DNA of 64,000 nucleotides, taken from NCBI GenBank assembly GCA_951406725.2, contig OX597833.1, positions 45,384,001 through 45,448,000 of the forward strand, in the 5' to 3' direction. The notes below the pieces were generated by a model. The model was given only the letters and a program-made list of their open reading frames with translations. It did no database searches and had not been told where the DNA came from. The position numbers were made by a program, and so were the translations under genes. Shown here piece after piece: positions 28,239 to 42,384 of this stretch (positions are counted from its first letter, which is position 1; each line of letters starts with the position of its first letter). This DNA is from Octopus vulgaris (Eukaryota).

Positions 28239-29027
28239 GTGCGTATATGTTTGTATGTCTGTATTTGTTCCCCCAACATCGCTTGACAACCGATGCTGGT
28301 GCGTTTACGTCCCCGTAACCTATCAGTTCGGCAAAAAGAGACCGATAGAATAAGTATTAGGCTTACAAAGAATAATTCCTGGGGTCGATTTGCTAGACTA
28401 AAGGCGGTGCTCAAGCATGGCCACAGTCAAATGACTGAAACAAGTAAAAGAGTAAAGAATATAGGTTTAAAGTTTGATCATTTTTACCCAGTCAGAAAAT
28501 AGGATTTGGAAGTTATTTTGTGCGTCACTGCATTGCGATGATAGCACGTGTTTTAAATATCAAACTGTAAATAAATGGAATACTGGCGGAATTCTCTTTT
28601 ACGCACGCGAAATATTCCCTCATAACTTATTTATATTTTAGAATTTTCAGAAAAATTTTGTGAATTTGCATTCTACACACGGGAATTCATAAACCAAAAT
28701 TCGAAAACTTTAAAAGCTATTAAGTCTGTATTAATTTATGGCAAAAAATTATTATAAACAATTATATCAATAATTACTCTACACAATTACAATAATTGCT
28801 ATACACAATTATTATTGTGTGTACCAATTACTATGCACAATTACATCAAATCTATTGGAATAGAATTGAAGAGACTGAAAAGTGGCAAGCAAAAAGAAAA
28901 ACAAAAAACAACAAGTATCTTCTCGAGCCGACCAAAGCCTTGTGATTGGATTTGGTAGACGGAAACTGAAAGAAGCTCGTCTTATAAGCGGATCTGGTTG
29001 ATAGAAACTAAAAGAAGTCTTCTCTAC

Positions 29028-29117
<90 letters not shown>

Positions 29118-29340
29118 TTGTGTGTGTATATATATTTGTGCGTGTGTCCATCTTTATCCCTCCACTCACCGCTGGACAACCGGTGTTGATGTGTTTATGT
29201 CCGCAGCGGTTCGGCAAAAAGACCGATAGAATAAGTATTAGGCTTGAAAGACAAGTACTGGAGTCGACTAATTCCATTAAAAGTCTTCAAGGCAGGTGCC
29301 CCAGCATGGCCACAATCTAATGACCGAGACATGCAAAAGA
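27385..29340. mobile_element. SINE A copies: ~27385-27780 (-, old), 28001-28457 (+), ~28915-29340 (+, old)
   Basis: Consensus matches with internal (CA/TG)n. Confidence 0.8.
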
Positions 29341-29397
29341 AGACATGTGTCACTCCTGATGTAGAGTTTATTAAAGAAATTTAAGTGTCGATATACC

Positions 29398-29964
29398 TAT
29401 TTCTTTACTGCCCACAAGGGGCTAAACACAGAGAGGACAAACAAGGACAGACAAACGGATTAAGTCGATTATATCGACCCCAGTGCGTAACTGGTACTTA
29501 TTTAATCGACCCCGAAAGGATGAAAGGCAAAGTCGACCTCGGCAGAATTTGAACTCTGAACGTAACGGCAGACGAAATACCTATTTCTATTTCTTTACTA
29601 CCCACAAGGGGCTAAACACAGAGAGGACAAACAAGGACAGACAAACGGAATAAGTCGATTATATCGACCCCAGTGCGAAACTGGTACTTATTTAATCGAC
29701 CCCGAAAGGATGAAAAGCAAAGTCGACCTCGGCAGAGTTTGAACTCAGAACGTAAAGACAAACGAAATACCTATTTCTTTACTATCCACAAGAGGATAAA
29801 CACAGAGAGGACAAACAAGGACAGACAAATGGATTTAGTCGATTATATCGACCCCAGTGTGTAACTGATACTTAATTTATCGACCCCGAAAGGCCGAAAG
29901 GCAAAGTCGACCTCGGCGGAATTTGATTCGCCCGGCGTGCTAACGTTTCTGCCAGCTCGCCGCC
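29398..29964 (-). mobile_element. SINE B tandem trimer
   Basis: Three units with one head; direct repeat ttaagtgtcgatatacc at 29381-29397 and 29965-29981. Confidence 0.9.
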
Positions 29965-30315
29965 TTAAGTGTCGATATACCGGCCTAAGAATAAATACAT
30001 TATCCAATAAGTCTACCACGCGTTTGTAAACAGCTGGGATGTTATAAGAGAGAGGCTTGTCTGCAGCTTCTGGCGACCGAGTTACGAACTACGAAGAAGC
30101 TGTCTCGTAAGGTCAAATGAGTGGAGACGAGAGACGTATTAAGTGAACTTTCGGGTTCAGAAACTGTGGCTAAAGCCTATGACTATCGCTTTTGTAATTT
30201 GTGTTGAGGTCAAAGTATCTCAAATCTGTCTCCCGTCCTCTCTTCCCCCTCTCTCTAATAGTTTGTTTGTTTGTTTGTGTGTGTGTGTGTTTGCGAAACT
30301 GTGTAGAGGCCTATA

Positions 30316-30397
<82 letters not shown>

Positions 30398-30623
30398 GTG
30401 TTTTCGTATAGATTTGAGAGAATATATATTAAAAAAAAAAAACATGTTTAGACTTAATAGTTGTCTCTATTGAATGATTGGTGTGTGTGTGTGTGTGTGT
30501 GTGTGTGTTTCGGGAGGGAAGAAATCATTACTTAGGTTACTGAGTACAAAATTAAGAAAGACATTTGCAAAATAATGATAGAGTGGGAAAAGGAGATGAG
30601 GAGGGGAAATATAAAGTATATCA

Positions 30624-30708
<85 letters not shown>

Positions 30709-30799
30709 ACACACTCTCACACACACGCACACGCAGGCACAAATACATATATGCGTATGTGTGTGTGTGTGTATATGCATATATATTTGTAGATGCATG

Positions 30800-31310
30800 T
30801 ATATTTGAGGCATTCCAGTGTAGATATTATTGCACTCAGTAAAACCAAGTTACTTTGGTGAAAGTTCTTTTAATGAGCTTGAAGAAGATTATGCCTTCTG
30901 GAAGGGCTAAGAGAGTGTAGCGCTAGCATGATGTCGGCCATTTTGTAGGGAAACAGGTCTACTATATAAACTGGCTGTGATAGCAACAGGCCGATGTCAC
31001 TTCGTATTCTCATTACAGAGAGTCACAGTCTTAGGTTACTGAATGTCTAGTTAAGCTTCGTCTCTGATCGGCAAAACAAAATCGCTTCTATCGAGCGTTA
31101 AATCAAAACACTAAGTAACATACCCAAACAAGACAAAGTAATCCCAACGGACGATTTTAATGTCAGTGTAAAGAGAAATATAAATGCCTAGTGTCAAGCG
31201 ACTGGGAAAAACTGATAGCAATGGCAACAAACTTCTTTCTCTGTCCAGAGCATGACCTCACCATTACCAATACCAAATTTTACCAGAAAAAAGCAAACAG
31301 ATGGACGCAA
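30800..31310 (+). mobile_element. RTE-type LINE apurinic endonuclease remnant
   Basis: DKVI..DDFN..SNG...EHDLTITNT.F.QK; a ~70-bp piece recurs at 32002-32073. Confidence 0.6.
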
Positions 31311-31328
31311 GTTCAAATACTGGCGTCT

Positions 31329-31943
31329 CGTATCCGGAACGTTTGCCGCAGGAAAATTCGCCTCAGGATTTTTGGCCGTAGGAAAGTTCGCGGCATAGGG
31401 AATTTTGTCGCAAGACAAAAGATGAATTGCTCCCTTTGGTATACAATTGTTTCAACCTTTCCGGATACGATATACAGGGTGTCCACAAAGTCTGGGTACA
31501 TGGGGATTAACACATACTTTAAGAAGTTATTATTTATTATATTTAATTCTTTATAATATGGTTTTATTTACTCCATGTACCCACATGGGGATTAACACAT
31601 ACTTTAAGAAATTATTATTTCTTATATTTAATTCTTTATGTTATGATTTTATTTACTCCATGTACCCAGAATTTGTCGACACCCTGTATATATCGTATCC
31701 GGAAAGTTTACCGCAAACATTTTTGCTACACAAAAAAATATTATCGAATGAATAAAGAGAATTTTAATGAGTTAAGAAATTACTTTACCCCTTCTTATTG
31801 GTTGGAACAATTATCTACCGAGGGGAATAATTCCTCTTTTGTCTTGTGGCAAAATATCTTATGCGGCGGATTTTCCTACGGCCAAAAGTCCTGAGATAAA
31901 TCTTCCTGCGGCAAAAATGTTTGCGGCAAACTTTCCTAGAACC
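31329..31943. mobile_element. Fold-back-type non-autonomous DNA element with long imperfect TIRs built of ~15-bp subrepeats
   Basis: 31330-31457 is the approximate reverse complement of 31800-31943; subunit gccg(c/t)aggaaa(a/g)ttc. Confidence 0.6.
31475..31686. mobile_element. Tc1/mariner-type MITE
   Basis: TIRs cagggtgtccacaaagtctgggtacatgg / ccatgtacccagaatttgtcgacaccctg, TA on both sides, internal ~85-bp direct duplication. Confidence 0.85.
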
Positions 31944-33747
31944 TTGACACCTTATTGTCTACAAAATAGGGAGAAATACAAATTCCTGGAATCGAGCGCC
32001 AGGGAAAAACGGATAGCAATGGCATAAAATTTCCTTCTCTGTGCAGAGCACGAACTCACCATTACCAATACCAATTCCCCAAAGGTGTTTTGTTTTTAGA
32101 GAATCTAGGAACCGATCGGAAATACTATGCAAATCACCCATTAATAAGAGATATGTGTTGTTTATTTGTAGGCACGGCAATTTCTTCAAGCGGAATTAAA
32201 TATGAGGATATCATGAGGTAATTCGAATTCGCTGTGTCTAATTTGATGACCTAGAATGCAGATAATTTAGTAGAAAAGTTGCTTTCACCATTATTTAGTG
32301 TCATAATTGATTTACGAGCAAACAAATTTAAATAAACATGTATTATTTGTCTTGAATTAGTATATGTAACGCCATCATTCAAATAGGCGTACGCTCCTTT
32401 CAATTAATTTCTACAACTGAGATTGATTATAATGCATTGAAAACACGCAATTCTGTTTATAAGAGCGAAACTAGTACGTTTGCACTGAAGCAGTTGACCG
32501 CCTGCTACGATAGTAATAATTCAGATATCATTGTAATGTAACACAACGCAACATTATCTGGGGTATCTCCTGACGGCTGTAAGTTCCTAATTGATATGAT
32601 ACCTTCTCGACTACAAGAAAACAGTTTTCAGTACACTGGAGATTTGTATAACTCCTTGGACTAACGGTTGGTCTTCAAGTACGCGCTACGTAAGCCGATA
32701 GTATAAAAAACTTGTAAGAAGATATTTTCTTAACTATATCGTTCGTCTAAGTTAGGCAGTGAATAAGCTAAAGAGGTAAACTTATTAATAGCTTCAGAGA
32801 AATTAACCACTAAGTTCCTTTTGCGTTTACTGTTAATCGCATGTACTTCTACTCACTGAAGTGCATCACGTTGTTCGGCAATGCCTTTTGCGTCATCCTA
32901 TTCAATTTGCCACAGAGCAAAACTCCTAGTCTGTTTGTGAGGGGTGACCCGAATTCAAGTGTAGCAAACAGATGTTTGTTCAAAAAGAAATACCTAATGT
33001 TTGAGCAGCAACCTGCTAACAAGAGGAAATGCATTTGGGAGTATGGGTGATCTTTTATTTTTACGTCTAATTCCTAATATTCCCTGAGTTATGATAGCAG
33101 TTTAACTAAAGTCATCGATATTACAAATCATAGTTTTTAGTTGGCAACCTTTAGTTATACCAAACTTAATCAGAGTTAGAATTTTTGGAACTACCCTTGT
33201 TTGCGAGTCTCTTTAGAAAAGTTCCGTGAACAGATCAGTCAATGATAAAGTATTTTTTCTTTCTCTTTTTTTCTTTAATGCGGAAAGTATATTGAGAAAT
33301 GTCGCAGAAAATAGAGGCACTCGATGGTTATCTCGAAAATCTACAGACATTTGGACAGTGTTCTTTTTTTTTCTTACGCGTGAATCAAATAGTATCGTAG
33401 GATGGGCATTGGGTTCGATCATTTCATGAAAAATTCCCGCGAGGCGCAGCAAAGAACTGAATTGTTTCATTCCGAATTTTGATTTTTTTTCTGGCTTTTC
33501 CACTGAAAGTTACTGTTTGATTTTCTACTTGAAGAATAGGGTTATAGGTCTGAGTATCTTCTATGGCTATTACCAAGTTATGAACCTAATGCACGGCTGA
33601 AGTTAGCGGCTCTAGTGTTGTTTTCTAGAAGCCTGATTTGTACACGGGCAAAATACATTCCGCTATAAATGAGTCACGTATATTTTCAACGCTTGCTATG
33701 TCGGCGATGACATGTCACAGCTGGGCTTCTGAAAATATTTTGTTTTA

Positions 33748-33826
<79 letters not shown>

Positions 33827-33829
33827 TCT

Positions 33830-34099
33830 ATAATTATAAGCATAATTATAATTACCGAAATTTAGAAATAGCTGTTAGATACTATTTCACTACCATAAGA
33901 TATCTCTCAGTCAGTAATACTCTCAACTCACGCAGGTAAAGAGAAAAAATAGAATTCTCTTTACCTGCATGAGTTGAGAGTATTACTGTCTTGGAGATGT
34001 CTTATGGTAGTGCAATAGTATTTAACTGCTATTTCTAAATTTCGGTGTGTGGTGAAGTAATTTTTGCTGAACCCTAATTATAATTATGCTTATAATTAT
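33830..34099. repeat. Long inverted repeat (fold-back) with ~115-bp arms and a ~9-nt loop
   Basis: 33830-33945 pairs with 33955-34099, with a ~28-nt insertion in the right arm. Confidence 0.9.
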
Positions 34100-34217
34100 T
34101 GACTTCATGTATAAGGTTACCGATAATGGTTCTTTTAACATACCGAACTACTTGGTAAAATTATTAATTATCAATTGATTAATTAATTTTACCCATTATT
34201 ATTATTATTGATATATA

Positions 34218-34261
<44 letters not shown>

Positions 34262-34269
34262 TAAACGTT

Positions 34270-34858
34270 AAAAAAAAAAACACAAACTGGGACAAGAACG
34301 TGAAACATTTTGAAGACGACAAAAAAAAAACACACAGACGGGACTTTCGAAGCTCTCAGTCATCAGTCAAGAACCAGATCATCTTCGCAATTTCGGCTGA
34401 TTAATCTTGAGATTGCTCCAATCTGGGCAGCCCGCCAAGGGAAATCTAAGCCAATCGCATTAGATTCCTTGGAAGAAAACCTCGAAAGTATACAACACGG
34501 TGACGGAAAAACGGACGATGTTACTCGAAAAAAAATTCAAAAATACGTAAAAACAATAAAGATAGCACGGATAAAAATACAAAATAACGTAAAAACAATC
34601 ATAACAAAACCAGGACGTCAGGACAAGCGTCTTTCGACAGGACGAGTTGAGTATAGGCTGGCTGTGGAACAAGTGCCTGAAGGCAAACGGAGCACAAACA
34701 CATACGTGTGGTCACGCCAACTACTTGATGCGAAAGGCAGTAGTAGCTAGCTGGTCACGTGAGCACAAAAAGGAGAAAGGGACAGATGAAGAGAGAAGCA
34801 GGAGAGGGAAAGGGATAGGTCAAGTGGGGTATAAGGTCTGAGAGGCAGAGAAATGTGG

Positions 34859-34860
<2 letters not shown>
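34270..34860 (-). mobile_element. Family F: (TA)n-embedded element end, probably a Penelope-like terminal repeat
   Basis: The same terminus occurs at 300-446 (+), 2258-2362 (-) and 61793-61920 (-), always abutting (TA)n. The PLE assignment is inference. Confidence 0.55.
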
Positions 34861-34911
<51 letters not shown>

Positions 34912-35421
34912 TATCAAAGTATTTCAAGGTTGATTGTTGCTTGTACTCTTGTATTGCATCACGACTTCATTTGGGAGCTGAATGACAACGTTACGACTTC
35001 ACCGTAGGTAGTGCACTCAGAAGTAAGTCTTCGAAATTTTCTGAGCATTTTAGGAATTCCAGATAAAAGTCAATGGTTGTTTAGAATGTAGCTTTATAAC
35101 CTTGTAGCGTTATACATCACAAAGACAAACAGCTAATACTTACAGGTGTGTGACGTCTCAGGAACTGTTGGTAATACATTGAGTCTTTCAGATCTTCATC
35201 TATTTTTCATACCTATTAAAGGCTAAATTTCCTTCGAATTACACCCTGTTGTCTTAAATAAGGAAAGACACATTGGATAATGTAGTCCAAACAGGTAATA
35301 CGCCTTTGATTATAGGCCTTCTTGATCAATTCAGCCAGGGGCACGCTGAAATAGTAGCCAGATTACTAAGTGTTGAATATGAGGCTGAATCAGTAACAAA
35401 GTGTTTCTTTTGGCAATTTAA

Positions 35422-35637
35422 CTCTTTGGCATTGAAACTGATCATATCAAGCCCAAATATTCTACCTGTTTTGTGTCCGAGCTGAACAGATCAGGCTTCT
35501 CATCACTACCCAGCAATGTCATTCTAAAAGTAATCACATTATTGAAATCTGAAAGCTATGAGATAATGCATGATTAATTCAAAGCAATTTGAATGAATAA
35601 GGATTACATGTGATGAAGTACTCTGAATGCTAAAGGG
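35422..35637. mobile_element. piggyBac-type MITE
   Basis: TTAA at 35418-35421 and 35638-35641; imperfect TIRs ctctttggcatt / aatgctaaaggg. Confidence 0.65.
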
Positions 35638-35784
35638 TTAAGGGACAACACCCGAGTTGTGTCTGCAGTTCTGTCTTTTATCGATTGTAACGAACAGTTT
35701 AATTGCAGCAATAATGTGATTCCAGCAGTTTAAGATTCAAAGATCTATTTTTTGTTGAGAAATGAATGAGTAATGAATCAGTTT

Positions 35785-35993
35785 TACGTTTTACTTGTTT
35801 CAGTCATTGGATTGCGACCATGCTGGGGCACCGCCTTGAAGGGCTAAGTCGCTAAGTCGAGCCAGTTGACCCACCCACACACTTATTTTAAAGTTTGGAA
35901 CTTGTTCTATCATTTTCTCATTTGCCAAACCGCTAAGTTAAACAAACGACCACGGGTTGTTAAACGGTGGAGAGGGAAACACTAACACACACA

Positions 35994-36050
<57 letters not shown>

Positions 36051-36752
36051 CGTATAGGTCTCTACACAGTTTCGGGCCGTCCAAGAATTTGGACCTGGAG
36101 ATCTCCATTTCCAGCGACTTCGAGGGCCATCTCCCAGTGGTGTCGGGCGTCAACGAAGAGCCCTCGACTACAAGACGAACAAAGTTTTTTTTCCAAGGTC
36201 TGGGGTCTCCCGCCCCTAAGCCCTAGACCATCACCTAAATCACCCTTGCCCGTCTTGTTGCTTAACAACAGCAACAACAACAACACAGTCTCGGTGTACT
36301 AAATTCACTCACAAGACATTAGTCGACGCGGAGCTATAGTAGAAGACACTTGCTCAAGTTGTTACGCAGTGGGACTAAATCTGAAATCTCGTGGTTACAA
36401 AACGAACTTCTTAACCAAACATCTATTTAACCTAGACTAGCGACAAGGTATAAATATGTGATGGTTATTCTTTTATTTGTTTCAGTCATTTGCCTGCGGC
36501 CATGCTGGAGCACCGCCTTTAGTCGAGCAAATCGACTCCAGGACTTATTCCTTGTAAGCCTAGTACTTATTCTATCGGTCTCTTTTTGCCGAACTGCTAA
36601 ATTTCGGGGACGTTAACACACCAGCATCGGTTGTCAAGCGATGTTGGGAGGACAAACACAGACACACAAACACACACACACACAATACACACACACGCAC
36701 ATACACACACACAGACACACACACACACACACAAACACACACATACACACAC

Positions 36753-36816
<64 letters not shown>

Positions 36817-36976
36817 CGATGGGCTTTCAGTTTCTGTATACCAAATCCACTCAAATGTCTTTGGTCAACCCGAGGCTATAGTAGAAGACACTTTCCCAAG
36901 GTGCCACGCAGTGGGATTGAACCCGGAACCATGGGGTTGGTAAGCAAGCTACTTACCACACAGCCACTCCTGTGCC
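35785..36976 (-). mobile_element. Two SINE A copies: ~35785-36420 (old) and 36468-36976
   Basis: Consensus matches. Confidence 0.85.
36076..36282 (+). mobile_element. Short GC-rich retro-insertion with (AAC)n tail inside a SINE A
   Basis: TSD acacagt(t/c)tcgg at 36064-36075 and 36283-36294. Confidence 0.6.
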
Positions 36977-37666
36977 TAAAATAAACCGACGATGTCGGGA
37001 TTTGAACTCGGATCGTAGAGGACCGAACTAAATGCTTTTAGCTCGACATTTTAGTCCGAATTCCCAGTTAAGTGACGAAAAATGATGCGATTAGAAATAT
37101 AGAATTCACTTTAGCTAACAAGAAGAGTAGTTGCAATATCCTAATATAGCTAATATTATGTTGAAATAGCCTAGAAATATGCTCACAAGGTGTGGTTAGA
37201 AGTTTGAAGGTTGTGGCTATATGCTTTTTAGTAGTAAGGTGTAGAAACATTTTTTTAATTAAAAGAGGTAGCGAACTGTGACAAGAGGTGTAAGTATATG
37301 CTAAGATGCATTAAGAACATGCTTGCATATTAAAAGATGTGGTTTATGAGCAGAGTTATGTGATTACATGCGTTTAAGCTGTAACTGTAGGTCTAGAAAT
37401 ACGGTTAATATGTGTGGAGCATTTAAGTTGTTAATGTTGAGATGTAATATAAAGGAGGAGAACGAGAAGAAAAAATATCGTGCAGCATTGTTAATTCTGT
37501 GAAGGCGCAATGTCCCAGTGGTTAGGGCAGCGGGCTCGCGGTCGGAGGATCGCGGTTTCGATTCCCAGACCGGGCGTTGTGTGTGCTTATTGAGCGAAAA
37601 TACTTAAAAGCTCCACGAGGCTCCGGCAGCGGGTGGTGGCTTAACAAGCTGACAGCCTTTGGTGTG

Positions 37667-37872
37667 CAGTAATCCCTCGCCATATCGCGGTTTACCTATC
37701 GCGCACTCAGTACATCGCGGATTTTTCTGGCTAATATATGTAAGTATACATCGCGGACTTCTTAGTATAACCGGGTTTCTGCGGCCGATGGGCATTTATA
37801 TTTTTTTAAGATTTTAATTATTTCTGTGGAAGGTTTTGAAACGTAACACCTGCGATGGTCGAGGGATTACTG
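37667..37872. mobile_element. pogo/Tigger-type MITE
   Basis: TIRs cagtaatccctcg / cgagggattactg, TA on the right flank, repeated atcgcgg motifs. Confidence 0.7.
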
Positions 37873-38523
37873 TATCAATATTGCCTTCCAATATATAGGC
37901 ACAAGCCTTTAAATTTTGGGAGAAGGGTCTAGTGGATTACATCGACCTCTGTGCTTAACTGGTACATATTTTAACGATTCTCAGAGGATGGAAAATGCCG
38001 GCATGCTAACGATTTTGCTAACTCGCCACTCTCTTTCATATATTGATATTAGCTAAGATTTAAGGCAACAAGCTGTCAGAATCGTTAACACACTGGGCAT
38101 AATGCCTAGCGGCATTTCGTCCGTCTTTACGTTCTGAGTTCACATTTCTGCAGCGGTCAACTTGCCTTTCATCCTTTCGGGATCAACAAAATAAGTATCA
38201 GTAGAACACTGGTACTTACCCCCTGATGGCAAGCTGGCAGAATCGTTAGCGTACCGGGCAAAAGGCTTAGCAGCATTTCGTCCGTCATTACTTTCTGAGT
38301 TCAAATTCCGCTGAGGTCGACTTTGACTCTCGAGCGAGATCGATAAAATAAGTACCAGTTGAGCACTGGGGTTGATGTAATCGACTTTCCCGCTATCCCC
38401 AATGAGCAAAGTGTGCTTGCATACCCATGCCTAGTGATAGCATAGGTAAATGATACTGGTAGTAAAAATGGATAGTCTTACCCCTTAGACGGTTATTCCA
38501 ACTGCCGACTCTAAATCTATATA

Positions 38524-38567
<44 letters not shown>

Positions 38568-38870
38568 TCAATTGAAACTAGCGTTTCAATTGATACGATC
38601 GATGGAACAGTAGTTGTTCATGAAATTCACGTGCGAGTAGCTGAGCCCTCCACAGATAAGTCTACCCTTGTTCTCAGGGAGATTCACCGTGACACAGAAT
38701 GGGACAAAGCTGGCACTTAAGAAATACAGGTACGACTTATTTTTGCCAGCTGAGTGGACTGGAACAATGTGAAATAAAGTGCCTTGCTCAAGGACACAAC
38801 GCGTCGCCGGAAACTGATCTAACCACACGAAGCCATGTGCCTTCACTATATATATATATATATATATATA

Positions 38871-38972
38871 TAATGTTTGTAGCAGTTTTTATGTAAGTTT
38901 AAATTTAAAATTGCATATATGCATGCATATATACTTGCGAATGTATGTATACATATATCTATGTACACACAC

Positions 38973-39031
<59 letters not shown>

Positions 39032-39249
39032 GTATAGGAACAATTCACAAAAAAAAATTCAAAAGACGAAGACGGGTTGTGTAGACAACAAACAGACGTA
39101 ATTTGTTGTTAATAATAAGTAATTATTAACTTCCTAATCTCCATTTTCTTCTTCTTCTTCTTCTTCTTCTTCTTCTTTATATATATATATTTTTTATTAT
39201 TCTATCTAGTTTCAGCTCACGAGCTGGGGCCATGCTGGGGCACCGCCAC

Positions 39250-39297
<48 letters not shown>

Positions 39298-39403
39298 ATG
39301 TGTGTGTGTACATAGATATATGTATACATACATTCGCAAGTATATATGCATGCATATATGCAATTTTAAATTTAAACTTACATAAAAACTGCTACCAACA
39401 TTA
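38871..39403. repeat. Inverted duplication of ~106 bp (38871-38976 and 39296-39403)
   Basis: Near-identical reverse complements, each adjoining (TA)n. Confidence 0.9.
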
Positions 39404-40166
39404 GATTAATAGCATATGACAGGCAAAATCCTAAGTTCAAACCTTAGCTCATTATATTAAACTATATTTGCAATACAACATGACATTTCATTTGATGAGG
39501 TCTCAGCATTTTACTCTCATTACGTCATTAACAAGCATTTCTTAAAAAAAATTTTGTCGTTGCCGTTCTCCTTGATTCTATTTACGTTGCCTGCAATTAG
39601 AATTCCTCGTGAAATAATTTATAATTGCTGGTCTTTTTGTTTCACAGGACCAAAAACTACATCAAACTTAAATTATCTGCTGACACTTAAAAACATAAAT
39701 AAACCATAAGCAAGACTGCTGTTCCCACGCAAAATACATACACATATACAATCAAACACACGTATTTATATACGTACACACACGCACATGTATACGTACG
39801 CACACACACCCTCGGGCATAATCTCACGTACACTTAACTGCGCATTACTCGAGGCAAGGCTGTGTGGTTAAGAAGTTCGCTTTGAAGTCGCGTGATTCAG
39901 GGTTCGATCAAGTTATGTCTTGAACAAGTGTCTTCTTACCATAGCCTCGAGTCACCCCAAACCTTGTGAGAATAAAAATTCCATGGTTGTGACGGGGACG
40001 GACACAAATACAAAGGCACGCACACCGTACATATATACATACATATATACACAAATATATACATACATACACACACATACGAACATACATACATATATTT
40101 ATGTATATATTTATATTTATATATATATATAAGTATATATATATATATATATATATATACTTATAA

Positions 40167-40297
<131 letters not shown>

Positions 40298-40507
40298 CTA
40301 ATCCAAACAAGAAAGCACAAAAAAAACACACAACAACGCGAGGACGTGGAACAAATATAGTATTATTGGACGCTCAGGAAAGAAGGAAAGAAGGAGGGTT
40401 TAACGTTTCGAGCGGAGCTCTTCGTCGGAAACATAGGAGAAGGAAAGATCCAGAGAAAGGAAGACAGAGGAAAAAAATCGCCAACGGTACACACGAGGTT
40501 ACATATA

Positions 40508-40666
<159 letters not shown>

Positions 40667-41458
40667 GGGTTGGAGATGATGTACCGGTATTATATATTAG
40701 AAGAAATGAGGTATCAGAAATCTAGATGGCTTTATATTTACAGATATTTATTAGTATGTTACATGTTTTTATAGATCATATATCATATATTAACGCTTTC
40801 GTCCACTCTAGTGGAGTTTTCAAATTGAACTAACTTTTGCAGGAATTTTGACTCTTTTTATTGTATTATTGATTGTGTAAGGATGGGAAGAGATATAAGA
40901 TAGTACAAGAGGGTGAGGAATGGGGAGAAAGTGAGAGAGAGCATGTGTGTGTGTGTGTGTGTGTCTGAAAGGGGTGTTAAAGAAAAAGAAGGAAGGAAGA
41001 AGAAGGAGAGAAAGAAGAAAAAATTTGTTGATATCTTTGCAGCTGGTCAGTCTGTCAATAATAAGCATCTTAGCTTGTGAGGGTAGAAATTGATATTAAT
41101 CAATTAAAACCAGTGGCTTACAATATTTAAAAAATCCGAAGATTAAAAATTATATTACATACAAATTAAGAGGAAAACACACTCTTCGTGGTTAAGCGAT
41201 TTGACGTCTATCTTTGGCATAGTAGGATTCCACTTTGGTGGTCATTCCTCTTAATTTGTATGTAATATAATATTCGGATTTTTAAAATATGTTAAAATAA
41301 GTCAGAAACCATGGTCCAGGAAATAGATGGTAAATGTTTTTATTTTTCATTCCCTTCGAGGATGTATCCCTAATTAGTGGTTTTGGACTCTAGCTGTTCT
41401 TTCTAGCATAAAGGATTCCTTTGATGGCAACCTCTGTGTTTAAATGTACACTGTATGT

Positions 41459-41509
<51 letters not shown>

Positions 41510-41513
41510 ATAT

Positions 41514-41814
41514 CACGTGATTACGTGACCGACCAGACCATCAGATGTTGTTACACATCGCTGGTCACAATGCGTTCGCATTGTTTTAGCCTTCGAATGA
41601 CGCCACCCCGCTGGCTAAGCGAGCAGGCCAACAGAACAAAGAGTGGTAGAAAGAGTGGTGAAAGAGTACAGCAGGGATCACCACGCCCTGCCGGAGCTTC
41701 GTGGAGCTTCTAGGTATTTTCGCTCAATAAACACTCACGACGCCCGGTCTGGGAATCGAAACCGCGATCCTACGACTGCGAGTCCGCAGCCCTAACCACT
41801 GGGCCATTGCGCCT

Positions 41815-41815
<1 letters not shown>
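41514..41815 (-). mobile_element. SINE family C (tRNA-derived)
   Basis: A box tggcccagtgg and B box ggtttcgattccc; also at 45452-45740 (+) and 37502-37640 (+, truncated). Confidence 0.85.
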
Positions 41816-41864
<49 letters not shown>

Positions 41865-42384
41865 GCACATACATACACAAATGCAGAAAGGAAACGAAAG
41901 AAAAGCTTGAATAGCTAGTGGGATTTATTTGAAAAACAAGGCCGAATAAGAGTAGATTATCTAATACGCAAAATCGATTATTGATTAATTGAAATAATCT
42001 CAGCTTCATGGAACATTAGAACGATTGTTTGGTAGCTCTTGGGACCAGTTCCAAACGAGAAAGGGTGATAATCTCAAAAGTCAAGAATTCTACATAATGG
42101 ACATGTTCTCCTGGAAAAAGCGATCTGATTACTTGGAAACACGCACGAATGCACACACAAGCGCGCACGCGCACACTCCGCCCTACATGCACATACTTAT
42201 ATGGTCCTCCATCGGTTTCGGTGTTGAGGATTCAGTTGTTCGATCAACTGAATTACCCGATCATTGAAATAGTGTGTAAGTGGCTGAGTATTCCAAATGC
42301 ACCCTTAACGTAATTCTCAAGCAGGATCGGCGTGACACAATGCAAGTCATGCGTAAATCGATTAATGGCAATTACAATCCATCC

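Noticed and set aside
35143-35211. Minus-strand mini-exon candidate ending in GTAAGT
   Set aside because: Stops in all three frames from the best acceptor, and no linkage evidence.
37502-37575. tRNA genes (also 3300-3370, 45452-45520 and 51017-51090)
   Set aside because: A/B boxes run straight into SINE bodies, with no proper cloverleaf end or Pol III terminator.
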